Shown here in pieces: positions 51,222-61,457 of a stretch of DNA of 64,000 nt (position 1 is its first letter; every line of letters starts with the position of its first letter). The notes under the pieces were generated by a model. That model searched no databases, was not told the DNA's origin, and saw only the letters and a program-made list of their open reading frames with translations. The position numbers and the translations under genes were made by a program. Origin of the DNA: a virus; the IMG/VR virus record IMGVR_UViG_3300037504_000213, positions 1 to 64,000 of that record. One strand, written 5' to 3'.

Positions 51222-51668
51222 CTACTCTTCGCATTCTTCCCTCCGTTTTCTGTATCCAAGCCACAAAAGGGCGTAGTTAGCAAGATCCATGATGGTGTCC
51301 TCAAACCTCTCGTCCTCAAAGTCCTGGTTTGGTGTCTCCGTTATTCTGGCCCACTTCAGGGCCATGTAAAACAAAAACGCTTGGTCAATCGGCATTCCAG
51401 TAAGCTGGCTTACTTTTTCAAAGTTAACGAACGGGTTGGGGTTCTGATCTTCATGTCCAGCGTATTTTCGCCTGCGATCAGCCACGACATCGCCAGCTTC
51501 CAAAACGGCGCTGAGCCACCACTCGTTGGCAGATTTGACGTTTTCTTCCCAAGACTCTAGTTGGATATTCCCCAACCACCCAAAGAAACTGTTACAATTC
51601 TCACACATAACCTCCCGCGTTTCTTCATCTATATTGAATGTGTCGTTGCCGCAGTTTTTGCATTTCAT
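51222..51668 (-). CDS. Zn-ribbon plus all-helical nucleotide-modification-associated (DUF1599-like) domain
   Basis: CKNC..CENC; KYAG..PF.NF, K.AR, EDT.MDLANYA. Confidence 0.6.
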   Translation of the reverse strand: MKCKNCGNDTFNIDEETREVMCENCNSFFGWLGNIQLESWEENVKSANEWWLSAVLEAGDVVADRRRKYAGHEDQNPNPFVNFEKVSQLTGMPIDQAFLFYMALKWARITETPNQDFEDERFEDTIMDLANYALLWLGYRKRREECEE

Positions 51669-52183
51669 CGGTTATCTCCTTCTCCGTGAATAGCGTTGCG
51701 TTGTGCTCTGTCCGTTAGCTTTGCAACGTTCATGTCCATGATTTCTTCGATTGACGATCCAAGGCGGCTGGCAAGTTCGTTTATGGCGCTCAGGGAAATT
51801 GTGATAGAAATCTCAAGGTACGGCAGATCGGGAAAAATAATGTTGTTCTCTATCTGAGACAGGTTTCTTGATATGATATTGAGAAGGCTTGACCATGAAA
51901 ACTCTGCCAGTTCAGTATATTTCATTTCATGTCCAGTATGATCGGCAACCCTGGCAATATACCACAGCACATCACCAAGTTCATCAAGCACCTTGGCGCG
52001 ACGTTCCTCAGTAAGCTCTGCTTTGTAGTCACTGACGGCACACCCGTCGTCTCTGATAGCCTTCTTCAGTTGGTTGCGAACCTCGCCCCATTCCCAAAGG
52101 CCGTGCGGTACATAGTCTTTCCACATGTCGTGGTCATACTTTGCTGTTGACCGCGTGAACTCCATATATTCCTGTGGTTTCAT
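51665..52183 (-). CDS. MazG-like NTP pyrophosphohydrolase
   Basis: E.GEV...KK..RD, DELGDVLWY, N..KL.DR..R..I.G.GDNR. Confidence 0.85.
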   Translation of the reverse strand: MKPQEYMEFTRSTAKYDHDMWKDYVPHGLWEWGEVRNQLKKAIRDDGCAVSDYKAELTEERRAKVLDELGDVLWYIARVADHTGHEMKYTELAEFSWSSLLNIISRNLSQIENNIIFPDLPYLEISITISLSAINELASRLGSSIEEIMDMNVAKLTDRAQRNAIHGEGDNR

Positions 52184-53090
52184 TCTGACTCCTGTGGCTG
52201 AATTTTGACTAAATCTTGTGCTACGGTTTTCTCAAGGCCACATCGTGGGCATTTCCATTCGCCCATACACAGCGTATCGAAATCAAGCCCTGCTATTTCA
52301 AAATCGCATCCGCATTCTTTTTCATATGTGCCATATGGTCGCGTCTGAATATCCACCGTGCTCGTACAATGGAATAGGAGGTTAAACCGAACTCCTTCAA
52401 AACCATCAATTAGAGCACCCCTAAGTTGTTCGTTCATTCTGGTAACCCCAATTTGGCGATTAGCTCTATGCGCCTGCGTAAGTACGATACGATGACATCG
52501 CTCCACTCAGCATCCTCAGATTCTTTTGGTGTTGTCACTGGGAATCTGTATTGAAGTTCTCTTGTCATTATCCATGCGTAACCAGATTCCATTGGTATAT
52601 TCCGTATAATTGTTATTTCTGGCACCTCTCGTTCGCCAAAAAACGCCTTTGCGGTAATGTCAAAGGACTTGTCTGCTCTCTCGGTGACATCATATACGAT
52701 CTTGCTGAACTTCACTTGTATTCCCCATCTTGTGCTACTTCGAAAAACCTTCCGCAGTGCGCACACAATATGCGCTTTCTGCTCCAAGGTCTAAAGCGAC
52801 GTGGTGGAAGCTGAACGCTTGCACGAATGCAACACGGGTTTTGCCCGCATTCGGGGCATTCACCATGCCACTTGCTTGATAGGATAATGGTCATTTCTCT
52901 TGTCTCTTTTCTTGCTGTCATATAGATCTCCATAGTACTAGCACTGTGCCTGCAATAATCATTGTTGCGCCAGCCTTTGATGTGTCATCACTTTCACCGA
53001 TTATTGTAATGACAGTACCAAGAGCGATCAGCAGCCACGGCGTTAATTTCATTGCGTTAGCGTCAACCCAATTCATAAAGTATTTCATTG

Positions 53091-53675
53091 TCACTCCTCT
53101 ACTTTCTCGATTAATACTAGACGCCCGCATCGAATTTTTCCATTCGTGTTGAATGGCACGATAACATCAGCCAAATCGCACCATTCGATGCGGCATCGCC
53201 ATATCACCACGTTTTTGTAGTGTTCCCGAACCCAATCCAACGTGGCTGCTGCAATACCGCAACCACACTCCGTGCATGGGTCTGGATTCACCGTCTCCGT
53301 GAGAACCGCACCAGGGGCGAACAGCCAATGGTCAGGATTATCAAATCGGCCCTTCTCGCTGCGGTACACAATGTATCCGCGCTCATCAGACTCTAAATTT
53401 TTTCTCATCCACTCGGATGTGGATACGAGGCCCGTTGCACCGCTTAGGTCTGCGTAGTGCAGGTCCGTATAGCGCAGGTCCGTGTTGTTGAGGTTCGCGT
53501 AGCGCAGGTTTGCGTCGCTCAGGTCCGCATAGCGCAGGTCCGCGAAGCGCAGGTTCGCGCCGCTCAGATTTACGCCGCTCAGGTTCGAACTGCGCAGGTC
53601 TGCGTAACTCAGATCAGGGGTTTCGCCTCTCTCGCGGGCGTCTTCAACTATCCTTAATACGTCTTGTCTGTTCAT
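53091..53675 (-). CDS. Pentapeptide repeat protein with phage C-terminal domain
   Basis: ADLRY/ANLRY repeats; ECGCGI, GKIRC. Confidence 0.8.
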   Translation of the reverse strand: MNRQDVLRIVEDARERGETPDLSYADLRSSNLSGVNLSGANLRFADLRYADLSDANLRYANLNNTDLRYTDLHYADLSGATGLVSTSEWMRKNLESDERGYIVYRSEKGRFDNPDHWLFAPGAVLTETVNPDPCTECGCGIAAATLDWVREHYKNVVIWRCRIEWCDLADVIVPFNTNGKIRCGRLVLIEKVEE

Positions 53676-53677
53676 TG

Positions 53678-54289
53678 CTACCGTCGCTTGCAGAAGCCAT
53701 CAGCAGGCCAAGGATTGGGAGGGCCGTCTGGCACATCTCCGAGTAAAATACCGCGCTCAACGAGTTCATCTCGAAATGCGTATCGAACGCTGTCGGAAAA
53801 TATCAACTTGTCACGCTCAAAGGTGGTGATTCCTACGTTATCATTCAAATCGCGTCCAGCATCCGTACCCGCCGACATGCTGCGGGTCATGCCACGATAA
53901 ACAACTTCTTGTTTGTCGTCTTCCTTCTCAGACCATACTGCAACGGCCACAACACCCTCGTTGCCACCAAGCCCGCTCTTGTAAGCGTAGCTCAATTTAC
54001 TATATGTGGCGACAAATGCCATAACGTTATTCATTGACGTTCGCCAGCCCTTGACGACAACATCAAGTGGTGCGATGAGGCCGCGATTGTGTTGCGATGC
54101 TTTCTTGCCACTTATAACATCTACGCCGTCAACAGAAACGACGTACTCTCGACGCGCCCAACCATACCCGCGTGGTTCAATTTCCACACGAAATTCCTGC
54201 CCAGGCCTTACCTCATACCATCGCTTCCCTTCGTGATTATAAGAAGGAAGCTCTTTACCGCGATTGTCCGTCAATTTCAAGTAAAACAT
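53678..54289 (-). CDS. Hypothetical protein, first gene of the leftward early unit
   Basis: Strong SD; SVDGVDVISG, GW, G.EGV. Confidence 0.6.
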   Translation of the reverse strand: MFYLKLTDNRGKELPSYNHEGKRWYEVRPGQEFRVEIEPRGYGWARREYVVSVDGVDVISGKKASQHNRGLIAPLDVVVKGWRTSMNNVMAFVATYSKLSYAYKSGLGGNEGVVAVAVWSEKEDDKQEVVYRGMTRSMSAGTDAGRDLNDNVGITTFERDKLIFSDSVRYAFRDELVERGILLGDVPDGPPNPWPADGFCKRR

Positions 54290-54379
54290 TTTGTCTCCTT
54301 TTGCTGTTCTGATACGCTCCTATTGTACCATGTCGTATGGCATCATATATTAGAATTGTATATGATCTCTCGGTGGCAC

Positions 54380-54408
54380 TTGATAGTATTTGCCTGGGAT
54401 GATATGAT
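54380..54408 (+). promoter_or_regulatory. Promoter of the replication module (divergent region)
   Basis: TTGATA-17-TATGAT with TGn. Confidence 0.55.
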
Positions 54409-54446
54409 GGTGACATCGAATAAGCAACTTCAACTATGGAGGCAAA

Positions 54447-55535
54447 ATGCAACAAAACGATTTTGAGTTTTTAACGAGTGATAAGGTTCGTCTTCGGATT
54501 GCCGTTATGGGGCCTACCAAGGCTGGAAAGTCTACCACAGCAATACGGCTTGCGACGCTAATTTGTTATTTACGTGGCATAGAGAAACCGAACATTATCG
54601 TCATCGACACGGAGTCTGGGAGGTCATTGATCAATAACGGTGTTCGGTTTGAGGACGACCCTCTTCCGATGCGCTTTAAGGTTATTGGTATGGACCCGCC
54701 GTATACGCCAGACCGTTACATTGCGGCCATGCAACATGCCGCAGAGTTGGAGCCAGACTTTGTTATCCTCGATCAGGCCAGCAATGAGTGGCAGGGGGAG
54801 GGCGGGTGTCTTCAGATGGAGGCCGAACTTGAGAGTCGTAGCGATTACAATCGAATGCGGGCCTGGGGCGTAGTCACAAAGAAGCACGACCGATTCATCA
54901 GCACCATTGAAAGTTACCCGTACGATCTTATGGTAAACATTCGAAGCAAGTCCAAGGTGGTTATTGAGGATGAGAGTGGTGGCAAGGCCAAGAGCAGGCA
55001 GATGGCCCTCGACGCGATTCAGCGTGACGACTTTGAGTTTAATCTCGACATTGTATTTCGTGGCTCTGAAAATGCAGAGTTTGTGGTTTGGAGTCGCTTT
55101 CCTACGCTGAACGACAAACTTTTCATAAAGCCTGGCATGGAAGTGGCAAAATTGATTGTTGCTGAAATGGATCGCATCAAGAAGGCTGAGGATACGATTA
55201 TCTCGCTTGATGATCTTGGTGACGTGCCAACATATAGCATTGAGGATATTAAGAAAGAAATTCAGGCCCACATCGACTCGGCAACGAAAAAGGGTTTTAG
55301 CGATGATGTGCCAGAAGCAGACAGCCCTGGTCGCCTGCGTGCTGCAACAGCTATTCAACAAGCTGTTGGCACCATTTCTGATGAGTTCTACAGCACAATG
55401 TTTGGAAAGGATGACTTTAATTCGCTTTCTCAGGCTGAGCTGGTTGCTGTAAGTAATTGGGTTAGCGAAATGGAAAACAATCTTGGCGAGACACAACTAA
55501 AGGTTGAGTTGTCAAGGTTTGACAATGCAAGCTGA
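54447..55535 (+). CDS. AAA_24-family P-loop ATPase (phage recombination/annealing)
   Basis: GPTKAGKST, IDTE, PPYTP..Y, ILDQ.S.EW.G.GG. Confidence 0.8.
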   Translation: MQQNDFEFLTSDKVRLRIAVMGPTKAGKSTTAIRLATLICYLRGIEKPNIIVIDTESGRSLINNGVRFEDDPLPMRFKVIGMDPPYTPDRYIAAMQHAAELEPDFVILDQASNEWQGEGGCLQMEAELESRSDYNRMRAWGVVTKKHDRFISTIESYPYDLMVNIRSKSKVVIEDESGGKAKSRQMALDAIQRDDFEFNLDIVFRGSENAEFVVWSRFPTLNDKLFIKPGMEVAKLIVAEMDRIKKAEDTIISLDDLGDVPTYSIEDIKKEIQAHIDSATKKGFSDDVPEADSPGRLRAATAIQQAVGTISDEFYSTMFGKDDFNSLSQAELVAVSNWVSEMENNLGETQLKVELSRFDNAS

Positions 55536-56871
55536 GAAGGTATGGCCTGCGTCGGTCGATGCAGAGGAGGCACTCTTGGGGTGCCTCCTCATCAACCCAG
55601 ATGATATTTGGTCTGTTGCAAACAAGATAACGCAAGAAGATTTCTTTTTGCGCAAGAACGGCAATATCTATGATGCCATGATGCACTTAGCTAGCAATGG
55701 GCATGGCATTGATAACATCACCGTTTCTGAGCAGCTGGACAAAAACGATCTGTTGAACAGTGATGTGCAGGCCCATATGGCGCATCTCCTTACCGTGGCA
55801 CCGTATGGCGCTAACATAGAAACGTACGCAGAGCAGGTTATCGAAACATCTGTTCGTAGGCGGCTGTTGGATGCATGTAACAAGGCTGCCAAGCTAGCCT
55901 TTGATGAAAAGACCCCGCTGTCTGATGTCATACCAAACATCACATCAAGGTTCTCAGAGGCGTCTGGTCACGGGGTTGGCGATGACATCCTGAGTGGTCA
56001 TGACCTCGCAACACTGCATAGTGAGCACGTAGAGGCCTTGCGACAGCTGGATGAACCCCCTGGGATAAAGACGGGCTACAGCAACCTTGACAAGTTAATT
56101 GTAGGCATCCAGCCAGGAGACTTCTTTGTGCTTGGCGCTGGCACAGGGCACGGCAAAACGCAGATGTCTATCAATATTGCGCTAAATGCCATATTGCAGG
56201 GTCACGGCATCATGGTTGTGTCTTTTGAGATGCGCCCAGAGCAAATGATGAATCGTGTGGCTGCACTCATGTCAGGTATTTCATCTCGGAAGTTCAAGTC
56301 TGGCGATCTCACTAACGACGAGATGTCAAGAGCTTACGGCGCTTGGGATAGCATAAGCAGGATGCCACTGTGGATTACGAGGCCTAGCATTGGCGGTAAG
56401 ACAATGTCAAACATCATTGCTAATGCCTCAAGGTTGCAGATGCAAGAAAAACTCGATCTTGTGATAATAGACTATCTCCAACAAGTTCAACCAGAGCGAG
56501 CAGGCAACAGAACACAAGAGGTTGGTAGAATAGCCGATGCTGCCAAGAACATGGCAATGGAGCTTGGGGTTGGTGTCCTGGCGCTATCTCAGTTGAATAG
56601 GCGCGGGCAACGGGATGATCGCCCTAGCCTGAATGACTTGAGGGAATCTGGCAACATGGAAAACAATGCGGATGGCGTGTGGCTGTTATTTAACCATGAT
56701 GCAGCGCACGGCCCTGATGCAGAGTACCCTGGTATAATAGAACTTGATGTTGCGAAAAACAGGGATGGGCCAACGGACACAATCAATTTGCATATCAACT
56801 ACATAAATGGTAAAATCACTGAAGTCAATCGCGTCAGTGATGATTATGGGAACAAGATACACTTGCCCTAG
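55525..56871 (+). CDS. dnaB: Replicative DNA helicase
   Basis: AEEALLG, GAGTGHGKT, SFEM, IIDYLQ, LSQLNR, P.LNDLRESG..E..AD, KNRDGPT. Confidence 0.95.
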   Translation: MQAEKVWPASVDAEEALLGCLLINPDDIWSVANKITQEDFFLRKNGNIYDAMMHLASNGHGIDNITVSEQLDKNDLLNSDVQAHMAHLLTVAPYGANIETYAEQVIETSVRRRLLDACNKAAKLAFDEKTPLSDVIPNITSRFSEASGHGVGDDILSGHDLATLHSEHVEALRQLDEPPGIKTGYSNLDKLIVGIQPGDFFVLGAGTGHGKTQMSINIALNAILQGHGIMVVSFEMRPEQMMNRVAALMSGISSRKFKSGDLTNDEMSRAYGAWDSISRMPLWITRPSIGGKTMSNIIANASRLQMQEKLDLVIIDYLQQVQPERAGNRTQEVGRIADAAKNMAMELGVGVLALSQLNRRGQRDDRPSLNDLRESGNMENNADGVWLLFNHDAAHGPDAEYPGIIELDVAKNRDGPTDTINLHINYINGKITEVNRVSDDYGNKIHLP

Positions 56872-56880
56872 GAGGTACAG

Positions 56881-57495
56881 ATGCCAGTGTCCACTACATG
56901 GGATGGCAAAAAGAAGCTCAAGAGCGGTTCCAAGACCGCAGACATTTTTATGACCAAGCATAAGCGTGGCCCTAAAAATGCTTATTGCATGGACTTGGAT
57001 TGTGTGATCTATGATTTTAAAAATAGGATTATCGCTGTTGTAGATCACAAGCACATAAAACGAAGGCACAATCTTACGTCTGGCGAGGTCACTGTATATG
57101 ACCAAATGCTTGAGATGGGTATCCCAGTGTTCATTGTTGCTACTAATGATGATGTGACGTCGCTGTCGGTATATCAGTATCTTGGTGCTCACCCAAGAAA
57201 AAGATGGCCAAGTTATAAGAAGCCGTCTTTTGACCTTGACGTCGTATTTGAGGATAGCGACTGGAATGATTACTGGAAATGGGAAATGGGGCTGCGGCGT
57301 TCTGTTGCTGTTGAACGTGGCGGTATTGGAGAAAATAATCATAACGCTCATATTAGCGAGCACGACGTTGATATGATACGATATTTATACGGTGACGGAG
57401 ATGACCTGACACAGCAGGATATTGCGGATTTGTTTGGCATCTCACGGCAGCAGGTTTCTAAAATCGTAAGGAAAGAGATGTGGAATCATGTCTAA
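56881..57495 (+). CDS. Putative PD-(D/E)XK-like domain plus C-terminal HTH
   Basis: D.D....D.K; TQQDIADLFGISRQQVSKI. Confidence 0.5.
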   Translation: MPVSTTWDGKKKLKSGSKTADIFMTKHKRGPKNAYCMDLDCVIYDFKNRIIAVVDHKHIKRRHNLTSGEVTVYDQMLEMGIPVFIVATNDDVTSLSVYQYLGAHPRKRWPSYKKPSFDLDVVFEDSDWNDYWKWEMGLRRSVAVERGGIGENNHNAHISEHDVDMIRYLYGDGDDLTQQDIADLFGISRQQVSKIVRKEMWNHV

Positions 57496-58345
57496 AAATA
57501 CGGTTCACCCGATAATGGCATGGGCATCTATAGCTTCGACTTACAATCGATTGCTCATGGCCATAAGGCAGTCCAAGCAAATCGACAGTGTTGATGTCGT
57601 GTGGATGCTGAAAGAGGCCGCCGTCTTGATCAGGTGTGCAGAGCAGATGTTTAAGAGAGGAAACAGTGATGAGTGATTATGTAGAGAGGGTGAGAGAGTT
57701 AAAGAAGCTGTCTGGTGAGTATCAAAAATACATGAAGCTGTGGATTAAGATGGCAAAGCTGGATGGCTACAAAGTGGTTGAACAGAAGAGTAACGGCGGC
57801 AAGCCATATTATCAGATAGCTAAAGGCGACGTCATGCTCTACGACTGTGGGGCTACACCAGAAGAGGCGTGGGAAAATGCATATTGGGATTACGACCTAC
57901 CAGATTACTTGAACTCAATATCTGATGTTTGGCCTATTCTTGTGAAGCTGCTTAAGGCTAACCTAGGTACATACAACGAACCACAGGCAGCGCAGCTTGA
58001 CGACAGCGGGTTCTCGTTTAGCGCGAGTCCGTTTGCTTGTGACGAGGTTAGGTCTAGCAGTTCAAACGAAGATGATGTTGCGTATGCAATATGCAAGGCT
58101 GCTGAGAAATGGTTGACTTAAACTTGTGGGCTAAGGTGCAAATTGATGGCGGGAAAGAGGCACTGTCGGCAATTGTAGATTTGCTGATGATCAACTACCC
58201 AGTGGTTAAAGAATATTTTAGAAAGTTGCCTGGAAGGGATGAGTACCGTGTCGTCTTACAAGTCAGGACAACCACACTGCCAGATGATGCCCCAGAAGAC
58301 ATTTTTAAGGCACTGGACTTCTTTGATCAAGGAACGGGAGGTAAC

Positions 58346-59078
58346 GATGAAAATCAATCTTCATAGTGATATTGTTGGTGCTATGTCATTGTTTAACGAT
58401 GCCCCAAGCAATACGCTTGGCCTGCTCCTAACAATGATGCAGAAGTCAAAGAATGGCCTCTGGACTGGATACAAGAAAGAGCTTTACAGCGCTATTGATA
58501 TGTCATATGGTAAACTGAACACGCGCTTGGAGTGGCTCAAGGAGCATGTTTGCATTGTTGAGGTCGAGTCTGTGTCCGACAAGCGCATGACATCGATGGT
58601 GATCACGGGAATCGTTGGTCTATCTGATGTTGCCTACCCGCTGTTGGGCGTGTGGCCAGAAAGCCTGGATATGATAGGTGTCCCCACGAGCTTCACTGGC
58701 ACGCTTGTTGGTGACACGATCCCAGTATATGATATGCTCAAAAGCTGCGCTGGCATTGGGCGTGACTGTTGTGATGAAGAGGACGTTGTCGAGGCTATGG
58801 CTGAAGCTATTGCGAAGATGTTGTTTAATGTTTCCCCTGGGTTGCTGTCTTTATCGAAGCGCAAGCAGCTTGAGCAATACGCCAATGTGCTTATAACCAA
58901 TAAGCCAGACGTGACACCAGAGGTGTTGCGTGGTTTTCCTGCGTGGTGGTATAAGCGTGGCAGCGGCAGCTGGTCGGACAGCAAAAGACCGCAGTTAGGA
59001 CATCTTCGCAATGAGCTTGGCGCTTATTTAGAGGATAAGGAAGAGACAAAAGAAGTGGAAGACGTCTTTGGACTCTGA
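58346..59078 (+). CDS. Putative replication initiator-like protein
   Basis: GGAGG SD; winged-helix-like N-terminus; between dnaB and the loader. Confidence 0.35.
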
Positions 59079-59122
59079 TTGTGCTACTTTGCGTTTTGTG
59101 ATATAATGATATAGGAGGAAAC

Positions 59123-59215
59123 ATGAAGGACATTTGGATACTTGAGTTCGTCACGAACGGCGGGCTTGTACAGGCCAAACGTAATGACGTGTGCAATACA
59201 CTTAGATCGCGATAG
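59123..59215 (+). CDS. 30-aa microprotein MKDIWILEFVTNGGLVQAKRNDVCNTLRSR
   Basis: AGGAGG SD, upstream TTGTGC-17-TATAAT; similar to the C-terminus of the next ORF. Confidence 0.55.
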   Translation: MKDIWILEFVTNGGLVQAKRNDVCNTLRSR

Positions 59216-59220
59216 CAAAA

Positions 59221-59529
59221 ATGGAGGTTGCAATGGATGGAGCCAAAGAATTATCCGAAAAGTTTGGTGTCGTTGTATTGGTAATTTTGGTGGTTTTGGC
59301 GGGGATTGCGGTTGTTTTGTTGTTTGTTGATGTGTTGGGTGATATTCTAAACGGCAACTTCTACGTTAGGTACAGAGTAGAAGACATAGACGACGGATAT
59401 ATTACACTTTCAGACAGACACCGCACTGTAACGTGCAGGGTTAACGACTGGGTGGTTGACTTTATCACGCATGGCGGCAAATTAGAAGCTATGCACAGCG
59501 ATGTATGCGGTACCTTGAGGGCGCAATAA
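59221..59529 (+). CDS. Small membrane protein
   Basis: One strong TM segment. Confidence 0.55.
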   Translation: MEVAMDGAKELSEKFGVVVLVILVVLAGIAVVLLFVDVLGDILNGNFYVRYRVEDIDDGYITLSDRHRTVTCRVNDWVVDFITHGGKLEAMHSDVCGTLRAQ

Positions 59530-60230
59530 TGACATGTGACCTTTGTAATGGCACTTCATACGTAACTGGCGAAGATGGTCGGCCAGCGCGCTGCCCAAAA
59601 TGCAATAAAGGGCCACGTCGCTCTGACATCATTCTCTCCAGGGCTGGTATACCGCCACGATTTGATAAGTCAATGCCCTTGGCAGATGCTTTGTCATCGC
59701 TGTCTACGTCTATTAACGAGCAGGCTCGTACAAATGTAGCCAAGTATGCCGAGTCCTTGACTGTTGTTCGCTCATCTGGACAGGAATTGCACTCCCTGGT
59801 GTTCTATGGCAAGCCAGGGAGTGGCAAGACCAGCCTTGCAACCACAGTGTTTAAGCAAATCATATGCAACGGCCTTGTTGACAGCGCCTTGTGGGTAAAT
59901 TCATCGGACCTACCAACCATGGTTCGTGCCACCTACGGCACATCTACATCTGAAGATGATGTCATCGATAAGTACAAAATGACTGACTTACTATTGCTTG
60001 ACGATTTCGGCAGGGGAAATATTACCAAGCACGCAGAGGATTTGACATATCGTGTCATGGACTATCGATATAGATGGGATTTGCCACTGATTGTTACGAC
60101 AAACGACGATCCCAGAGAGTTGGTTGAAAAGTTTGATATGGCCGTTGTGCAGCGTGTAGCAAGTACAGCGGCGTGGATAAGAATGGATGCACTTAAACGT
60201 GGCATTAAGCTAGAGGAGTGGGAGAAGTGA
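59505..60230 (+). CDS. DnaC/IstB-like helicase loader ATPase
   Basis: CxxC..CxxC, AGIPPRF, GKPGSGKT, LLLLDDFG, YRY...P.IVTTN. Confidence 0.85.
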   Translation: MRYLEGAIMTCDLCNGTSYVTGEDGRPARCPKCNKGPRRSDIILSRAGIPPRFDKSMPLADALSSLSTSINEQARTNVAKYAESLTVVRSSGQELHSLVFYGKPGSGKTSLATTVFKQIICNGLVDSALWVNSSDLPTMVRATYGTSTSEDDVIDKYKMTDLLLLDDFGRGNITKHAEDLTYRVMDYRYRWDLPLIVTTNDDPRELVEKFDMAVVQRVASTAAWIRMDALKRGIKLEEWEK

Positions 60231-60459
60231 CGAGGTTCTTTGTATTCTTGCTTGCCCTGTGCATTGCGGCAATAGGCGTTATCATGGTCATTAACGAGGT
60301 AGAGAGGCAGGGCTTGGTAATCATTGGCATTTCGTATACGGGTAGTGGCAAACTGCTGTTGTTTGAGATCGGTGGCCGCAAGGAAGCCTGTGTTATAACG
60401 GATGAGCAGATTGAGGCATTGCAAAATGGCGCTATGCTGTATGCCAGTATAGACAGGCC

Positions 60460-61005
60460 ATGCGAATGGGAGATACGGTAATGGCTGTTTTAGGAGAATC
60501 CGCAACGTCATATAATGGTGACGGGGCATTAATTATGGTCAAGCAGGCTAGTGGTGATAAAGGTTTCCAAGATCCAGGCAATATGTTATGTATAGATGCC
60601 ACCAATCGTCTGGTAGCTATGTATGAGACATGGCTATATGACAATGACATAGGATACAAATATATTAATTTCGATAGGCTTGGTGGTTTATTTAGATCGG
60701 TAACAATTCTTGCAAATGACGGTCATGGCTTTTTGGAACAAGAAACTGGATTTCATAGGTATGTGTCAATAAATCCATACGACTCGATGTCGCGCCGATG
60801 GACCGTGTTTGTTGGCGTAAGGGTCGTTAGATCAAATATTTCGTTTCTTGAATATCTTAATCTTGTAGATGAAGGGTTAAGCCCCTGTCGAAGCTATGAC
60901 ATTTACAGGGGTCGCATAACAAACGAGCGAGAAGGAATTAGCACCGACAAAGTTGAAGAATATTTTAACGGTAATTTAGGGCTAGTGAGGAGAAATAATG
61001 GCTGA
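60460..61005 (+). CDS. Truncated peptide-chain release factor 2-like protein (domains 2/4 only, no GGQ)
   Basis: MY..W, SVT, G.L..ETG.HR...NPYD...RR.T.F, RSY....RI...R.G.T......G.L. Confidence 0.75.
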   Translation: MRMGDTVMAVLGESATSYNGDGALIMVKQASGDKGFQDPGNMLCIDATNRLVAMYETWLYDNDIGYKYINFDRLGGLFRSVTILANDGHGFLEQETGFHRYVSINPYDSMSRRWTVFVGVRVVRSNISFLEYLNLVDEGLSPCRSYDIYRGRITNEREGISTDKVEEYFNGNLGLVRRNNG

Positions 61006-61274
61006 GACAGTAGACGCAACGACAGTAGTGTTTGGAATCCCTGTTGATGGAGAAACCCCAGTTAACGTTGAGGTATCTCCAAGTGGTGCCAGAATTGGCC
61101 CTATGCCTTGGATGTCTGGCGAGGGCATAGCATTAAACGGAGATAATGTGATTGCGAGGTTTGCAGCGCTCAAAGAGGCCCTTGCACACACAGAGAGGCT
61201 GTATATCGCAATGACAAGTGCCAGTGGGCTGGAAATCTAAAGTGTTACGGTACCTTACAAAATGTTGTAAGGTA

Positions 61275-61303
61275 TTGACATAGAACTAATTGCATGATAC
61301 AAT
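61275..61303 (+). promoter_or_regulatory. sigma70-like promoter, preceded by hairpin 61251-61274
   Basis: TTGACA-17-TACAAT with TGn; TACCTTACAA/TTGTAAGGTA. Confidence 0.7.
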
Positions 61304-61337
61304 AATGTTGTATAAAAGTAGAAAAGGAGATGAAATA

Positions 61338-61457
61338 ATGAGTCTTGGGTATTCTGGGGGTGGCGAGCGTGGCAGCCCCCGTCGTGGTGGCGACACTGGA
61401 TACCGCGAGAAAAAGTGGCCTCAACGCAACGGCGACACTGGATACCGCGAGAAATAA
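61338..61457 (+). CDS. 39-aa peptide with duplicated GDTGYREK motif
   Basis: AAGGAG SD, own promoter, 24-bp direct repeat. Confidence 0.55.
   Translation: MSLGYSGGGERGSPRRGGDTGYREKKWPQRNGDTGYREK

Noticed and set aside
54624-55496. 290-aa antisense ORF
   Set aside because: Antisense shadow of the AAA ATPase; no motifs
60460-61005. Stop-codon reassignment signalled by a phage release factor
   Set aside because: Genes are full length in code 11, TAA/TAG/TGA all end genes, no suppressor tRNA is present, and the factor lacks GGQ
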